DNA of 58,061 bases, the filler included, from Sphacelaria rigidula (Eukaryota), in NCBI GenBank assembly GCA_964200075.2. It is 4 parts of 4 records of this genome, joined end to end, with 100 filler letters (N's around TTAATTAATTAA, not from the genome) between each part and the next. Parts side by side here need not be neighbours in the genome. Positions count along the whole stretch, not along the records: positions 1 to 14,442 come from CAXNAA020002240.1; positions 14,543 to 28,983 come from CAXNAA020002241.1; 2 more parts are not named here. One strand, written 5' to 3'. Both the position numbers and the translations under genes were made by a program. Positions 11,575 to 22,392 of this stretch are shown one piece after another. The notes below the pieces were generated by a model. The model did not search any database and was not told the DNA's origin. It saw only the letters and a program-made list of their open reading frames with translations. Positions within the stretch are counted from its first letter, which is position 1. Every line of letters begins with the position of its first letter.

Positions 11575-14050
11575 TGGATAATCTACAAAAAGGGGGTATA
11601 TCCTGTGGTTTGGGGGGCAAAATAGGGTACTGCACTGTAATTTTCGGTTTCGGGCGCGGCGCTGCACGCGGGCTGAGCACCTCGAAGACACGTTTCAGCA
11701 CCTTAGCCCCACACCCAAGGTGCCTGCGTAGCATGCCCACCCCTTCTTGTTTATTTTACATGTGGCATTAAGCTTGACTACGGCGCAGAAAAGGGGAGCC
11801 TGTTAGAGCACCTTTTCTTGGCAAGAAGCTAGTAGGGTACCCCCGACTCTCTGCTGAAAACGTATTTCATGCCCTTTTTCGTTCAGCTGCGTACCCCTTT
11901 ATGCTCGAATTCGTACTCCCTTTTTGTCAAGTGGGGACCTTACCGTGGGCTCCGCAGTAGATACGCCGAAACGTCACAGCCATACCCTTTTTTTGTGAAA
12001 TTGCGCTCGCCAAAAAGGCCAAAACCTAACGATCAAGAAGTTGTAGCCGCTTTTGGCCAGTCTGCGGACCCGAAGGATTCGACGATACGTGCAGGGCGGG
12101 AGCGCTTGTGTGCGGGAGATCACAACGATCCAAACATGTGTTGAAAGTCTTGCCAGCATACACACCCGAACGGCGGTGGTATACCCGCCCACCGGCTGCA
12201 CGTACGGGATTTTGTTCAGTTGCCATCTTTCGGCTCTCTTGTTGCGGTGTCATTTTCCCCACTTCGTGAGCATTCTATCCACGCTTATTTACTTGAAGTA
12301 AGTCTAGACACCCAAATTCGGAACTATAGCGGGGCTGACTGTCTCGAGTGCTTCGTATCGTCCTGCAAACACACACTTCGTATACGGCGCTCTTCGCACA
12401 AAGGTGGGGTGCTAAAACAAAATAACAAGATGACGAAAACCCTATGTTGTCCTTCCTACTGTGTAAGCCCGGCTGATACGTCCACATATACCCAAAGAGC
12501 ACGATAGGTCACAAGGTGGGGATGTTTTTTTTAGGATGAGAAACCCGGAGAATTCAAACTTTCGTATCCGCACCAAATCTTCGAAATATGGTTCCATTTC
12601 TTCACTTGCGGGTAGCTATTGACGTTTACTTCACGCCATAGAATGTTGGAATTCGATAACCGAAATGTTGGGGTCCTGGTTGATTTTTTGTTTTGGGGAA
12701 TATCGCCGATCTGATCGGATAATCCAAATCCCCCAAATTTGTTGCTTCACCTAGGACCCCAACATGTCGGTTATCAGGATCAAAATTTGTATGGAGTGTA
12801 GTAGTTGTCAATAGCTATCAGTAGGTGAAGGAGTGGAGCTATATTTTAAAGATTTGGTGTGGATACGAAGATTTTGTTTTTCCGATTTCTCATCCTCAAT
12901 AAAAAATCCATCCCCACTTTGTAATATTTTGTGAGAAATATGTAGACTGGCGTCCAGAATAGATCGGATATGATAACACACAACAACAACCCACGCCTTT
13001 GAAACCCATTCATAATGTGCCAACTCTACGAAGCGGATGACATGTACCACCGGCCACCCATGCATCTCCTCATTTGGGGGGGTGGACCGAGGTGAAAAAA
13101 ATGCGGCTTCACGAAGGGCCCGTGGCGCCGGCGGCGCCGGCGGCGCCTCGCAGAATAAGACCATTCGTGGAGGGGCTCCGACATCGTGCCACTTGGTAGT
13201 TTGCTCCTATGGAGGATCTCAAATTTTGTGCTACACTTCCTCGGCTGCGCGTGTGTGCGTTGTGGTCCCCTCCACTCTGGACACCAGTCTGCACCCTTTC
13301 GGCATATGCGGGCGCATCAGCCGGGATCGGAGCAGCGCATCCGGTGATGCGTAATCCGATTCGTACGTTCCTGCAGTGCGGTGAGTAGTTTTCCGTCCCG
13401 ATCCGCACAATGCAGATCCCGTAACACCCTCATCTTCCACATGATTACACCACATGGCGCCGTTCGGATGTGTGTGCGGCAAGACTTTTCAAACATATTT
13501 GGATATTTTCGATCTCCTACACACAAGCGTTCCCGCCCTGCATGCATCGTCGGATCCCCAGGGTCCGCAGACTAACCAGCGACGGGCTACAACTTCTTGA
13601 TCGTTAGGTTTCGGCTTTTTTGGCGAGGGTAATTTCACCCCAAAAAATATGATCGTGACTATTTGGCGTTTCTTCTGCGGAGCCCACGGTACGGTCACCA
13701 CTTGATAAAGAAGGAGTACGAATTTGAGCATAAAGGGTACGCAGCTCAACAAAAGGGGTATGATATTTTCTTTCGCAGAGAGTTGAATGTACCCTGCTGG
13801 CTTCTTGACAATGAAGGGTGCTCTAATAGGCTCCCCTTTTCCGCGCTCTAGTTGAGCTTAATGCCACGTATCAATAAAACAAAACGGGTCGGGCATGCGA
13901 CCCAAGCACCTTGGGGCGTGGGGCTGAGCCGCTGGAACTTGTTTTCGAGGTGCTCAGCCCGCGTGCAGCGCCGCGCTCCAAATAAAAAAATGTACAATGC
14001 CCTGTTTAATTTAAAAAAAAGGAATATACCCTTTTCTTTTGTCAAGTCCC
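11575..14050. mobile_element. Long diverged inverted-repeat pair (arms ~11575-12178 and ~13455-14050); foldback/Mutator-like element or two inverted copies of one repeat
   Basis: For example gcgcggcgctgcacgcgggctgagcacctcgaa (~11654) is the reverse complement of ttcgaggtgctcagcccgcgtgcagcgccgcgc (~13944). Similarity continues over ~600 bp with many mismatches. Confidence 0.75.
12941..12990 (+). repeat. 3' tail fragment of the tRNA-derived SINE seen at 51468-51830
   Basis: tgtagactggcgtccagaatagat plus an (A/C)-rich tail, matching 51784-51830. Confidence 0.7.
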
Positions 14051-14442
14051 CTTTCTCCCACCCCTTTTTATCGGGCCTTTTTACTTATTCTTTTCACTTT
14101 TCTTGTTGTTCGCCTTTCCTTCCCTTCCCGTCCCTTTTTCTGTTCTGTTTTTTTTTGGTTTCAAATTTTCTTCTAGTCAAATCCGTTTCTTCGGTCTTTT
14201 CGTTGGTTCATTCTTTTTCCCAGGGAGTATTGTCTTCGTTTGTGTACCTCGGGCACATCTACCTTATGACCACGTCTGGTTCCCTTGGGGATACCTTCAT
14301 GTGTGACAATCGATCAATCAATTCAAGATGTGTAGAATCGACTGTTTTTGGTTTAGAAAAACGAAAAAGAGTCATCATACGATAGGGGGGGGGGGTATTC
14401 GGTTGCACGAAAAAAGAGGCTCATAGGTGTAACAGACGGCCT

Positions 14443-14542
14443 NNNNNNNNNNNNNNNNNNNNNNNNNNNNNNNNNNNNNNNNNNNNTTAATTAATTAANN
14501 NNNNNNNNNNNNNNNNNNNNNNNNNNNNNNNNNNNNNNNNNN
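14443..14542. other. Artificial contig linker (N44-TTAATTAATTAA-N44)
   Basis: An identical 100-nt linker occurs three times. TTAATTAATTAA gives stops in all six frames, and the flanking segments are in descending length order. Confidence 0.97.
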
Positions 14543-15221
14543 GGCATATGTGTGTGACAGAGAACAGTAGTAGCGGTGACGGGAATATTGCCCTATTTTT
14601 TCAACATGGTTTTCAGCGCACAGAGGCACGTCCTGTCCAAAAGGAGAGGCAGAGAGAAATCGATGTTCGCGATGGCAACAGGAAGAAGAGACACGGAATT
14701 TCTCCGCACGTCGATGCTCTGGCATATGAAACATTTTGCACATGCTGGTAAGATCAAGGATGCCAGTCTCTCGAGAGCTTGGTAATCACCGAGCGGGGAC
14801 ACACAAAGAGCACGGGCGAGGAGCTTCCTCATCTGTCATTGCTTCTCTCTCTGGTGATATCGTCATCGACGCGCGTGTACACCGCATTTCGTTGGGTGCA
14901 CCTAGCCAGAGTTGCTCAACCCTTGGACCGCTGTGCCCGTAGTCCATCTGGACCACGCGTGTACTTTTTCCAAGTGAATATTGATGCCAATTCAGCAGGT
15001 GACCTACTCTCGCGGCCTGACGGTCGAGTCCTCCTGCGGAGTTTGGGGGGGGAGGATACTTTCGCTCTGTTATTCTTTCGTATCTTCCCTGCCATAGAGA
15101 AATGCGACTTCAGCCCCATTTTAGTGTTGAACCCCAAAATTTAAAATCGGCTGTTTAATGACGACAGAAAGCGAGCACGATAAAGTGTACTGTATGTTGA
15201 TGTGTACATGTGTGCCCGCAG

Positions 15222-16254
15222 ACGACACAGACACAGCAAGCTGGCCCACGGACCCCATCTTGCCATCATGACGTCCGCAAGCTCCACCTTGATCGTGAGC
15301 GTGAGGAACGACGTCGGCGCATCATCACACGCCGAAAGCAAGAAAAAATACAGCAAACCAATCAACGAGAGGACCGCGAGCTTGCAGCGGTTGCTGCTGC
15401 TCAACGAGTTTTGCGAGATGAAAAAGCTGAGAAGGCAACGGTGGCACAATCCAGGATAGAGGCAAGAGCTCAAGCACGCCGAAAATCTGCCGCGGCAGAT
15501 CGACATAAAAGGAAGGCCGACATGCTATATCGAGGGTGGCTGCCCTGGATCGAACGAGTGCAAAAGGCACGCCTACACGCCGTGAAAGCCTTGCGGCATC
15601 ATCAATATTGCTTAGTGCAGAAGATCTGGTCGCGTTGGCTATTATGCTCACGACGTATGCAGACAGCAAGACACCACGTGCAAGCACGCAAGGTGCGTAC
15701 CCGCCTAAACTGAAGTTTCATCGACGATTGAACCGACGGGAAGTCAAGCTGCGTAGATTCCGTTTACATACACGCAACAACACACCTAGTTCACCCCCTT
15801 CGCTGTCCCGTGATTTCGCTTTGGCATTACTCGTATACAATCAGAGCAACATATGGCGATTCTCAATGCGCATTCCGGTTTGACCGCTGAATGCAAGGTG
15901 TTGATGGTATCAAAACGGCTGCAGCTGAAGCAGCAGGTGCACTATTGGAAGCTGTGGATACACCATCAACGCTACCTGAGAACAGTCAGCTCGAAGGTAC
16001 GAGGGCATGTGCGCCTTACAAAGCTCTCAGCACATTGGCAACAATGGGGCAATTCCTGGGTCGTGGAAGCGCGCTACAACCATGCGCTCGGGCAACGTGC
16101 TCACAGGATGGGACAGCGAGTTGTGCGATCGAAGGTGTTTCGTATGTGGAAGCTGGCGGTCGATCACTCGCGTATAGACAAACGACTCGCTCAAGAGCGC
16201 CATCGGACATGGCGACAAATCAATATGTGGCTGACGCCGCAAGCTTCCCCTTAA
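15222..16254 (+). CDS. 3' end of a CCDC191-like coiled-coil protein with Sfi1-like (W-xx-W) repeats. Exons 15222-15692 and 15898-16254; upstream exons unresolved or off-contig
   Basis: A charged coiled coil is followed by ADRHKRKADMLYRGWLPW...ALRHHQYCLVQKIWSRW and RVVRSKVFRMWK...ERHRTWRQI, a pattern I recall from the CCDC191 C-terminus. cag/gt and aag splice sites are in phase 0, with stop TAA at 16252-16254. Confidence 0.7.
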
Positions 16255-16494
16255 CAGGGATGGCGCCAGGCAAAATCGAAAATTGAATGTTCAACGCTTG
16301 CGATCAAAAAAGCGCTCTTTTTTTTAATTTTTCATACGTTTGACCCTCTTCTTCTGGAGAAGCCCGTAGTCCCAAGGGGTCGAGTCATCTCTTCCCCCGT
16401 ATATTTCACCTCTTTCCCCGTATATATACGCCCCCCCCGCCCCCTCCATAGACTCCTGGATTGGCGTCGAGTGGCAACGATGCCGCAAAAACAA

Positions 16495-16562
16495 GTGCTC
16501 CGTCTCGAAAGGGATAAATGGTCAATGGTTAAACGACTGAGGCAAGCAACAAATGAGTACGC
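16495..16562 (+). mobile_element. Short dispersed retroposon-like repeat, core copy A
   Basis: gtgctccgtctcgaaaggg...ggtcaatgg...aggcaagcaacaaatgagtacgc, one of five copies on three contigs. This copy lacks the C tail. Confidence 0.85.
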
Positions 16563-17002
16563 TACTTAAATCCTCGGACTTTCAACGACGGAAAACAAGA
16601 TTTTCATAATAAACGAAACTGTCGGGTTGGAATCCTCGACTTCCCCTCTTCTGGCTACTGTATTGATTTACCTATGAGACCGCCAGGGGGCGGCGAGATG
16701 CATGTACGGTTCTTACTCAAAGATGCAACGCTGATGCTTTCAGAACCGTTTGGAGTCAACCATAAAATTCCAGGATGCAAAAATTCACCCCGAAGATGAC
16801 GGTGCATGTCAAATGGCGTTGAAGGAATCGCTTCCAGACGAAAGGAATCTAACGTACACCAAGGATGCATCATCGGCTACTTCGTGACATGCCAATCAAT
16901 TCTACGGTAATTCGTGCGCCCAAGCACCATGGTGTCAAATCGCCCACGAAACGAATGCTGGCGTAAGCAAGTCACAAGACGGGCATACTACCGATGGCAA
17001 AG

Positions 17003-18915
17003 CTAACTACGAACGCCTGCGGAGGAAGAGGACAGTTCTCCGAGTAACTCATCAGCTGCTACTTGGTACGAAGTGCTCACGTCTGCTACAGACTGGTTGA
17101 AACGTGCGACAGCATCCACATGCCTCTTTTGCCCGTCGTCTGCTCGTTGTGCGCCATGGCGTTTCTCGAGCATGTCGCCATCATTCCTCGGCAGCAACTT
17201 GGTGCTGAGAAACGTTGGTACTTTCGCGCGCAAGCAAACAAACAAAAAAATCCAGCGGTTGCCATTTTAACCTGGATCAATCTTGTTTCGACCTCAAGTC
17301 GCATGAATATACGAGCTCAGCTGGTTTCCATGCGATTTCCTGCGCTCATGGGGCACCGTAGGAGGAGTAAAGCACGAACGTACTCCGGGTACTTGAGCAA
17401 CGATCACGAATTACTTGATAATTCAACACCAATGTGACAGATGTGACGCAAGGGCGATGGAGATCACTTACTGTCTCCAGGTTTTGCTGTCGCTCTCAGA
17501 GGCTGGTACGCGAAATAGCTCAGAACCGGGTCAACGTCTTCTACGAGCTCGGCCACTTGGTTCGCCGCGATGTGGAAACTGCCCAGAACAGCTGGCCTGA
17601 TGGATGAAATGGTCGAGCATGAGATGGTGGTATGTTGAGTAGGCATTGTTGCACGGACAGAGAACCACCGAAGACAGCTTTGATCGTAGTGTAAAGGTGA
17701 GAGCAAGCTGGGTGATGACCGCTGCGGGGTCGTTTTTCTTGCGAAGTATACCTTCGTAACATGGCTTTCCAACGGCGCAACGTTCGGCATCGCGTACACT
17801 GCGGCTTTCACGAAAATCCAGGGTTGTTTGGCCAGTGTCCACATCGAGGCAGCATGTGCGTGCGCAGTCCTACTCTGAGTTCTCTTGTTTACATACTTTT
17901 TGTTCAACTAATTGTTGGAAGATGTACATCAAGATGGCTCAACGGATGATAATCCATCAGCTAGCTCGTACCAGGAAATTCCCATTAATAGGCCACTTCT
18001 TCATTTTTTTCGCATGCAATACACACATTCCGAAACTCATGCAGAATTCCAAAACAAATGCAGGCTACACGAGCAGAAAAAATATATTGTAGACCGAGTT
18101 TGTTCGAAGCGGGGTGTGCATGGTGGGGCAGAGGAGGAGGAAATCGCCGTCCCCGGGAGGATGCAAATCCCGCAGGCCATCGCAGGCTTTTTCTCACGTT
18201 ACATATTACTTGTTTTGCGAGCCAGACAAACTACAGTAGCGTCGCGCTGTCTACGGCTTTTCATGTTCTCTCATTTGGTGCTCTTACTCGCGTATATCAG
18301 GGAGGTATCAGTCCGGTAGACAGGGAGCAGCTCGAGAGTGAATACTTGGGGGGGATGGCTAGGATGCGTCTACGAGAGAGGGTGTATCATGGGCAGTAAA
18401 TATGAGCTCAAAGTACCCCACCCACAGGCAGAGTATATCGTCACGACCTTGACAGCAGCTAAAGCTCCCACACCGCGGTCTAACGGTCTGCACAGGCAAG
18501 TCTGCGGGGCGAAACTTCAACACCGCGTCTGAGCCTCATGACACCAGCCAGTCCAAACGAGCCCCTATTGCAGTTGCATCCCAGTCGCTTTGGTGCGCTG
18601 AAATCGCGCCACTTGGATGCTCAAGATGCACCAAGAATAAGGCGCTTCTACACACCACAGTCATGAAAAGGCGAACCAGGTCGGTACAAGAAGGCGGAAC
18701 CCGTCTCTGCCGCACCTCACCGGAGAAGAACTACTTCAATCTGTAGACGAACGTTCCACACCCTAGCGGGGGAAGCCAAGATCCGGTCCAACAATGAAAT
18801 CCGTACCCAAAAGGGATTCCGTACACAAAAGGGACATCACTTTCACCCGCGTAAACAGCAGAATCAAGAATGATACCGACAAATCAAAAGAGTTTCGGAT
18901 AAGTTCAAAGTCCAT
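17003..18915 (-). CDS. MED8: Mediator of RNA polymerase II transcription subunit 8-like (142 aa model). Exons 18915-18877, 18740-18721, 17998-17972, 17596-17472, 17220-17003
   Basis: The spliced product reads ...SWPAVLGSFHIAANQVAELVEDVDPVLSYFAYQP...GDIPTFLSTKLLP..., matching Med8 hallmarks (W-P-x-x-L-x-x-F helix; P-x-x-L-S/R-T-K-L). The last two exons are well supported. The three small 5' exons are phase-consistent but less certain. Confidence 0.7.
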
Positions 18916-20667
18916 GTCAGACTCAAGACGTGAAAACTTCGGAGTCGAAGCGTTCAAAAACTTGAGGATGGAAGGTGAACACTTTAGGACAGGAGTTGAC
19001 GTGACGTGGCTTGGCGTTACTTCATTGCTCGCAGTGATTAGCCGCAGGTTGCCCTGCCAAATGTGCGGTCGACCAGCGTCCGGTTCGAAAATGCGTAGGT
19101 CAGCACAGCACTGCACAGTAGCTAGTCTGTAGTACAGACTGAGATATCATTGTATTGTGGCGTACCCTGGGGCACCGTGCCGTACCGCACCGTGCACTAT
19201 GCTTAATTGCACTTGCACTACTTTACTGCACTACTTTACTGCACTACAGGCCACTGTAGTACTGCCCAGTATAGAGTACAGTACAGTGCAATGCAACATC
19301 ATACAGTGCATTGCGGTACGATGTAGTACAGCGATACCGTACATACAGCACAGCAGCATTTCCAAACAACAGACAGAGCCGCATTGCAACGATTTAGCAA
19401 CACACCGCCCATGATGAACCATGATGGTGCTGCAAGACGCCATGACCTCTAACGGAATGGCAGTTCAGCCAGGTGCAGCACTGCATGTGGGCTGTCGACT
19501 ACGAATGGTTCACACCGCCTTCTTCCAGCTGAGAATCGCAATAATGAGGAGCTGTCTGTACCCAAGGCAACGTCTTGTGCGCGCCGAGAGTTGAAATTTC
19601 ACGCAACACAACCAAGCAAATGCTGATACCATGGCTACCATGGCGGCGGCAGGGATGCTCCCTGTCTGCGATGCCAAGCGTTGCTACTTCATGACTCGTC
19701 CATTGTTATAAGAATGATAGTCGGGATGGATGTCCCACTTTGCCTGTTGGGGTATATTGATAGTGAACTGGCTGTGACCGTGGTGGGGGTGGTGGTGATA
19801 GTTCTTTTTCGTTACATACTGAGGGCTGAAGAGGCACATCGAATTTCAGTATGGAGTGCTTGCTTCTAACAGGGCTTCGACCCCGAAAAAGTTGATGCTG
19901 AACTTTTGGTTCGGTCTGGAATTTACACCGTTCTTTTCATCCTTCCGTTCTGATCCTGAAATGTGAAAAAAAGTCTTCGAAACTCTCTGATAGAGTCACC
20001 GATGTCCCCGCGGAAGGAGGCCCGCATGCCAAGCATCAGAACCAGGACAACTCGAAGATAATTCGAAAGCTACAGCGTAAACTTTGAAAAGAACCCCGAG
20101 AGGACCTGAGATATATGCCACCTCCTCCTAGAAGAGATGAAACCTCGCAAAATAGATTGCTTATTTCAATACATATTCATAATTAGCTGCATGGCTGTGG
20201 AGTTGGGGTTAGGGGTTAGGTTAGGTTGAAGATGAATTATTGTCTACTGATGGAGTTGAAGATATGTACAGACATGAATGACCTGACACGAGCGGATAAC
20301 TCTGTAGGTGATCTGATATTTTCCTTGACGCCATTCATTCATGGGGTGTAGGAAGGTCTACAGGCAACTCCGAAACTCGACCACCTCACTCGTTCTTATT
20401 CACATCAGTCCGATCTTTCTGACTTTCGATCGACTCTTGTCAATATCTCTAAAACAGTGTACAGTACGGTACAGTACAGTGCAGTGCAATACATTCTTGC
20501 CCCGAGTCCAGTAACGTGCTCTAAACATGCGGGCCAACTTCAGGTTTGGAGGTTTGACTACATCTGACATCTTAATGGTTCAGATTTTAGCTATCCCTTC
20601 GTTGCCAATTTTCGCCCTACATGAAAATTTGGGGTGTGGTGCGTTGTGTAGTAATAGAGTACACTTC

Positions 20668-20744
20668 GGGGGGGGGGCGTACTCATTTGTTGCTTGCCTT
20701 AGTTGTTTGACCATTGACCACGCATCCTTTTCGAGACGGAGCAC
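20668..20744 (-). mobile_element. Short dispersed retroposon-like repeat, copy B (C10 tail)
   Basis: Reverse complement of the same core, ending in a 10-nt C run. Confidence 0.85.
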
Positions 20745-20879
20745 CCCTACCCCTTTGGGGGGGCGATTGTCATTGTATAATATAAATAAATTGTGATATG
20801 TCCAGCCGTTGAGGTAAGAAGACAGTCTATACAAGAAGTTCCGCGCCCCGAACATTTCCGACAAGTCGATCCCGAAAAT

Positions 20880-21350
20880 ACCACGGTCCGGACGAATAAA
20901 ATATTGATTCGACCCATGCTCAACATTTAGACGGATCAATGATACGATTCGTACACAGATTGTGGTTTGTACATGTTTTGGGTTCGTGGTTCATGCGACA
21001 TGACCTTGAGTGTACACATTCTCAGTTCGTGATTCGTGCGATACACCGTCGACGGTACGCGTTTCCTAGCTTCCATTCATATGGTGTGAATCATAGGCTC
21101 GTGTTTCCTACTTTCCATTCATTCAGTATGAATAATAGGCAAACGTTCTCCACTTTCCATTCAGACAAGGTGAATCAAGCGTGCATGATTCCCGATTTCC
21201 GTTCATGCAGCATGAATCGTACGAACACGTTTCCCGTCTTCGAGTCATACAAGGTGAATCGAGCGTTCATGTTTACCAATTTCCATTCATGCGGCATGAA
21301 TCATACATACATGTTCCCTACATTGCATTCATACGATTTTCACTTAATGA
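20880..21350 (-). repeat. Inverted copy of the minisatellite-bearing repeat family of contig 1
   Basis: ttccattcat...gaatca... units and a unique end homologous to 3600-3780. Confidence 0.8.
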
Positions 21351-22114
21351 ATATCAGATAATCATTGAAGGTCATTTTCCAGCGGTGCTGTGGGTGCCCG
21401 AGTTCGATGTTTGATGTACGTACCAGAAATAAGCAGCGTACATCGGGTGCGTATGCGTGGGCAAAAATGGCAGCGGTAGTGGAGAAGTGAAAATATCGCT
21501 TATTATGATCGCGTGTTCGTGGAAAGCGCAAGGATCAATAATTGAACAAGTATCCGTCAGCTGTTCGGACTTCGGACAGTTTACAAGTATTGCAAGTTCA
21601 CGTACCTGACCAGACGCGTCGGAGTGAAAAATGCGATATTAAACAATAACCATTGATAGCTGATGATCTCCAGGGCGGTTGTACGTTTTACGCATACCTG
21701 TCGTGCCTACCTGTGGTGTGCGGTACAAGAACCAATGTGTCAACATCTTCATTGCAACGGACCATGAAGCCTGTGTGCTCAAGCTGGGCGAAAGTCACAA
21801 AAAAATCTCTGACTTCTCATTAACACCTTATCTTTGCTCTCCACAAGCCAATACTCTTGGTACGAATCACATGGAAGCGACAAACAAATCGTAAGCACTT
21901 TGGAATTTGTCATTGGAATATGCGTAGTCACGTGATGCTGAAAAACGGACAGGTGCGGTACCGTAATGAACTACTGCAGTGTATGTGTCCCTGTTCTCCA
22001 CTCGTGTTTTTGCGCGGAGTTGCTGTGGTAGCCAAGAACGATTTTTGTGGGGTTTTCGTGCTTCTATGAACAGGTGGTGTCTGGCGTGGTGGTCCGCAAG
22101 GGAAGGGCCGTTAT

Positions 22115-22392
22115 CATCGACACAACTTTTTGGGAAATCGCCAAGATTTGAGGCGTTTCCGTACCTGGCGCCTGGCGTTCTCCGAAAATGAAGCGGCTAG
22201 ATTTTTTCGCCAAGCCTTCACGTTTGGCGAGCGTCGAATATTTCGGACTGCAGCGCAAACCTTCCCAGAGCTGCCCCTGGCGCACGCCGTGGCGCTCGTA
22301 AGCATGCGATAATCATCATGAACCTTGCTAGTGACACCCTGGGTTATGTCGTAGAGTAAAAAGCACCGCGGGTTGGCGGTATTCATCTCCTT
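22115..22392 (-). pseudogene. Frameshifted coding remnant of an unidentified multicopy protein
   Basis: Homologous to 52535-52815. Translations ANPRCFLLYDITQGVTSKVHDDYRMLTSAT vs ANRRSFLLSDIAQGVTGKVPEDSRTLASAT, and KKSSRFIF in both. Confidence 0.65.

Noticed and set aside
14487..14498. TTAATTAATTAA palindrome recurring at ~14.5-kb spacing
   Set aside because: Assembly linker embedded in Ns, not biological periodicity.
14543..14942. Upstream exon(s) of the CCDC191-like gene
   Set aside because: Several overlapping frames are open and no single phase-consistent exon could be chosen.
19400..20100. Possible homology with 27300-27800 (shared ggttcacacc.ccttct motif)
   Set aside because: The match is ~20 nt and could not be extended by eye.
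20205..20228. Telomere-like ggggttaggggttaggttagg
   Set aside because: Only about three imperfect units, internal to the contig.
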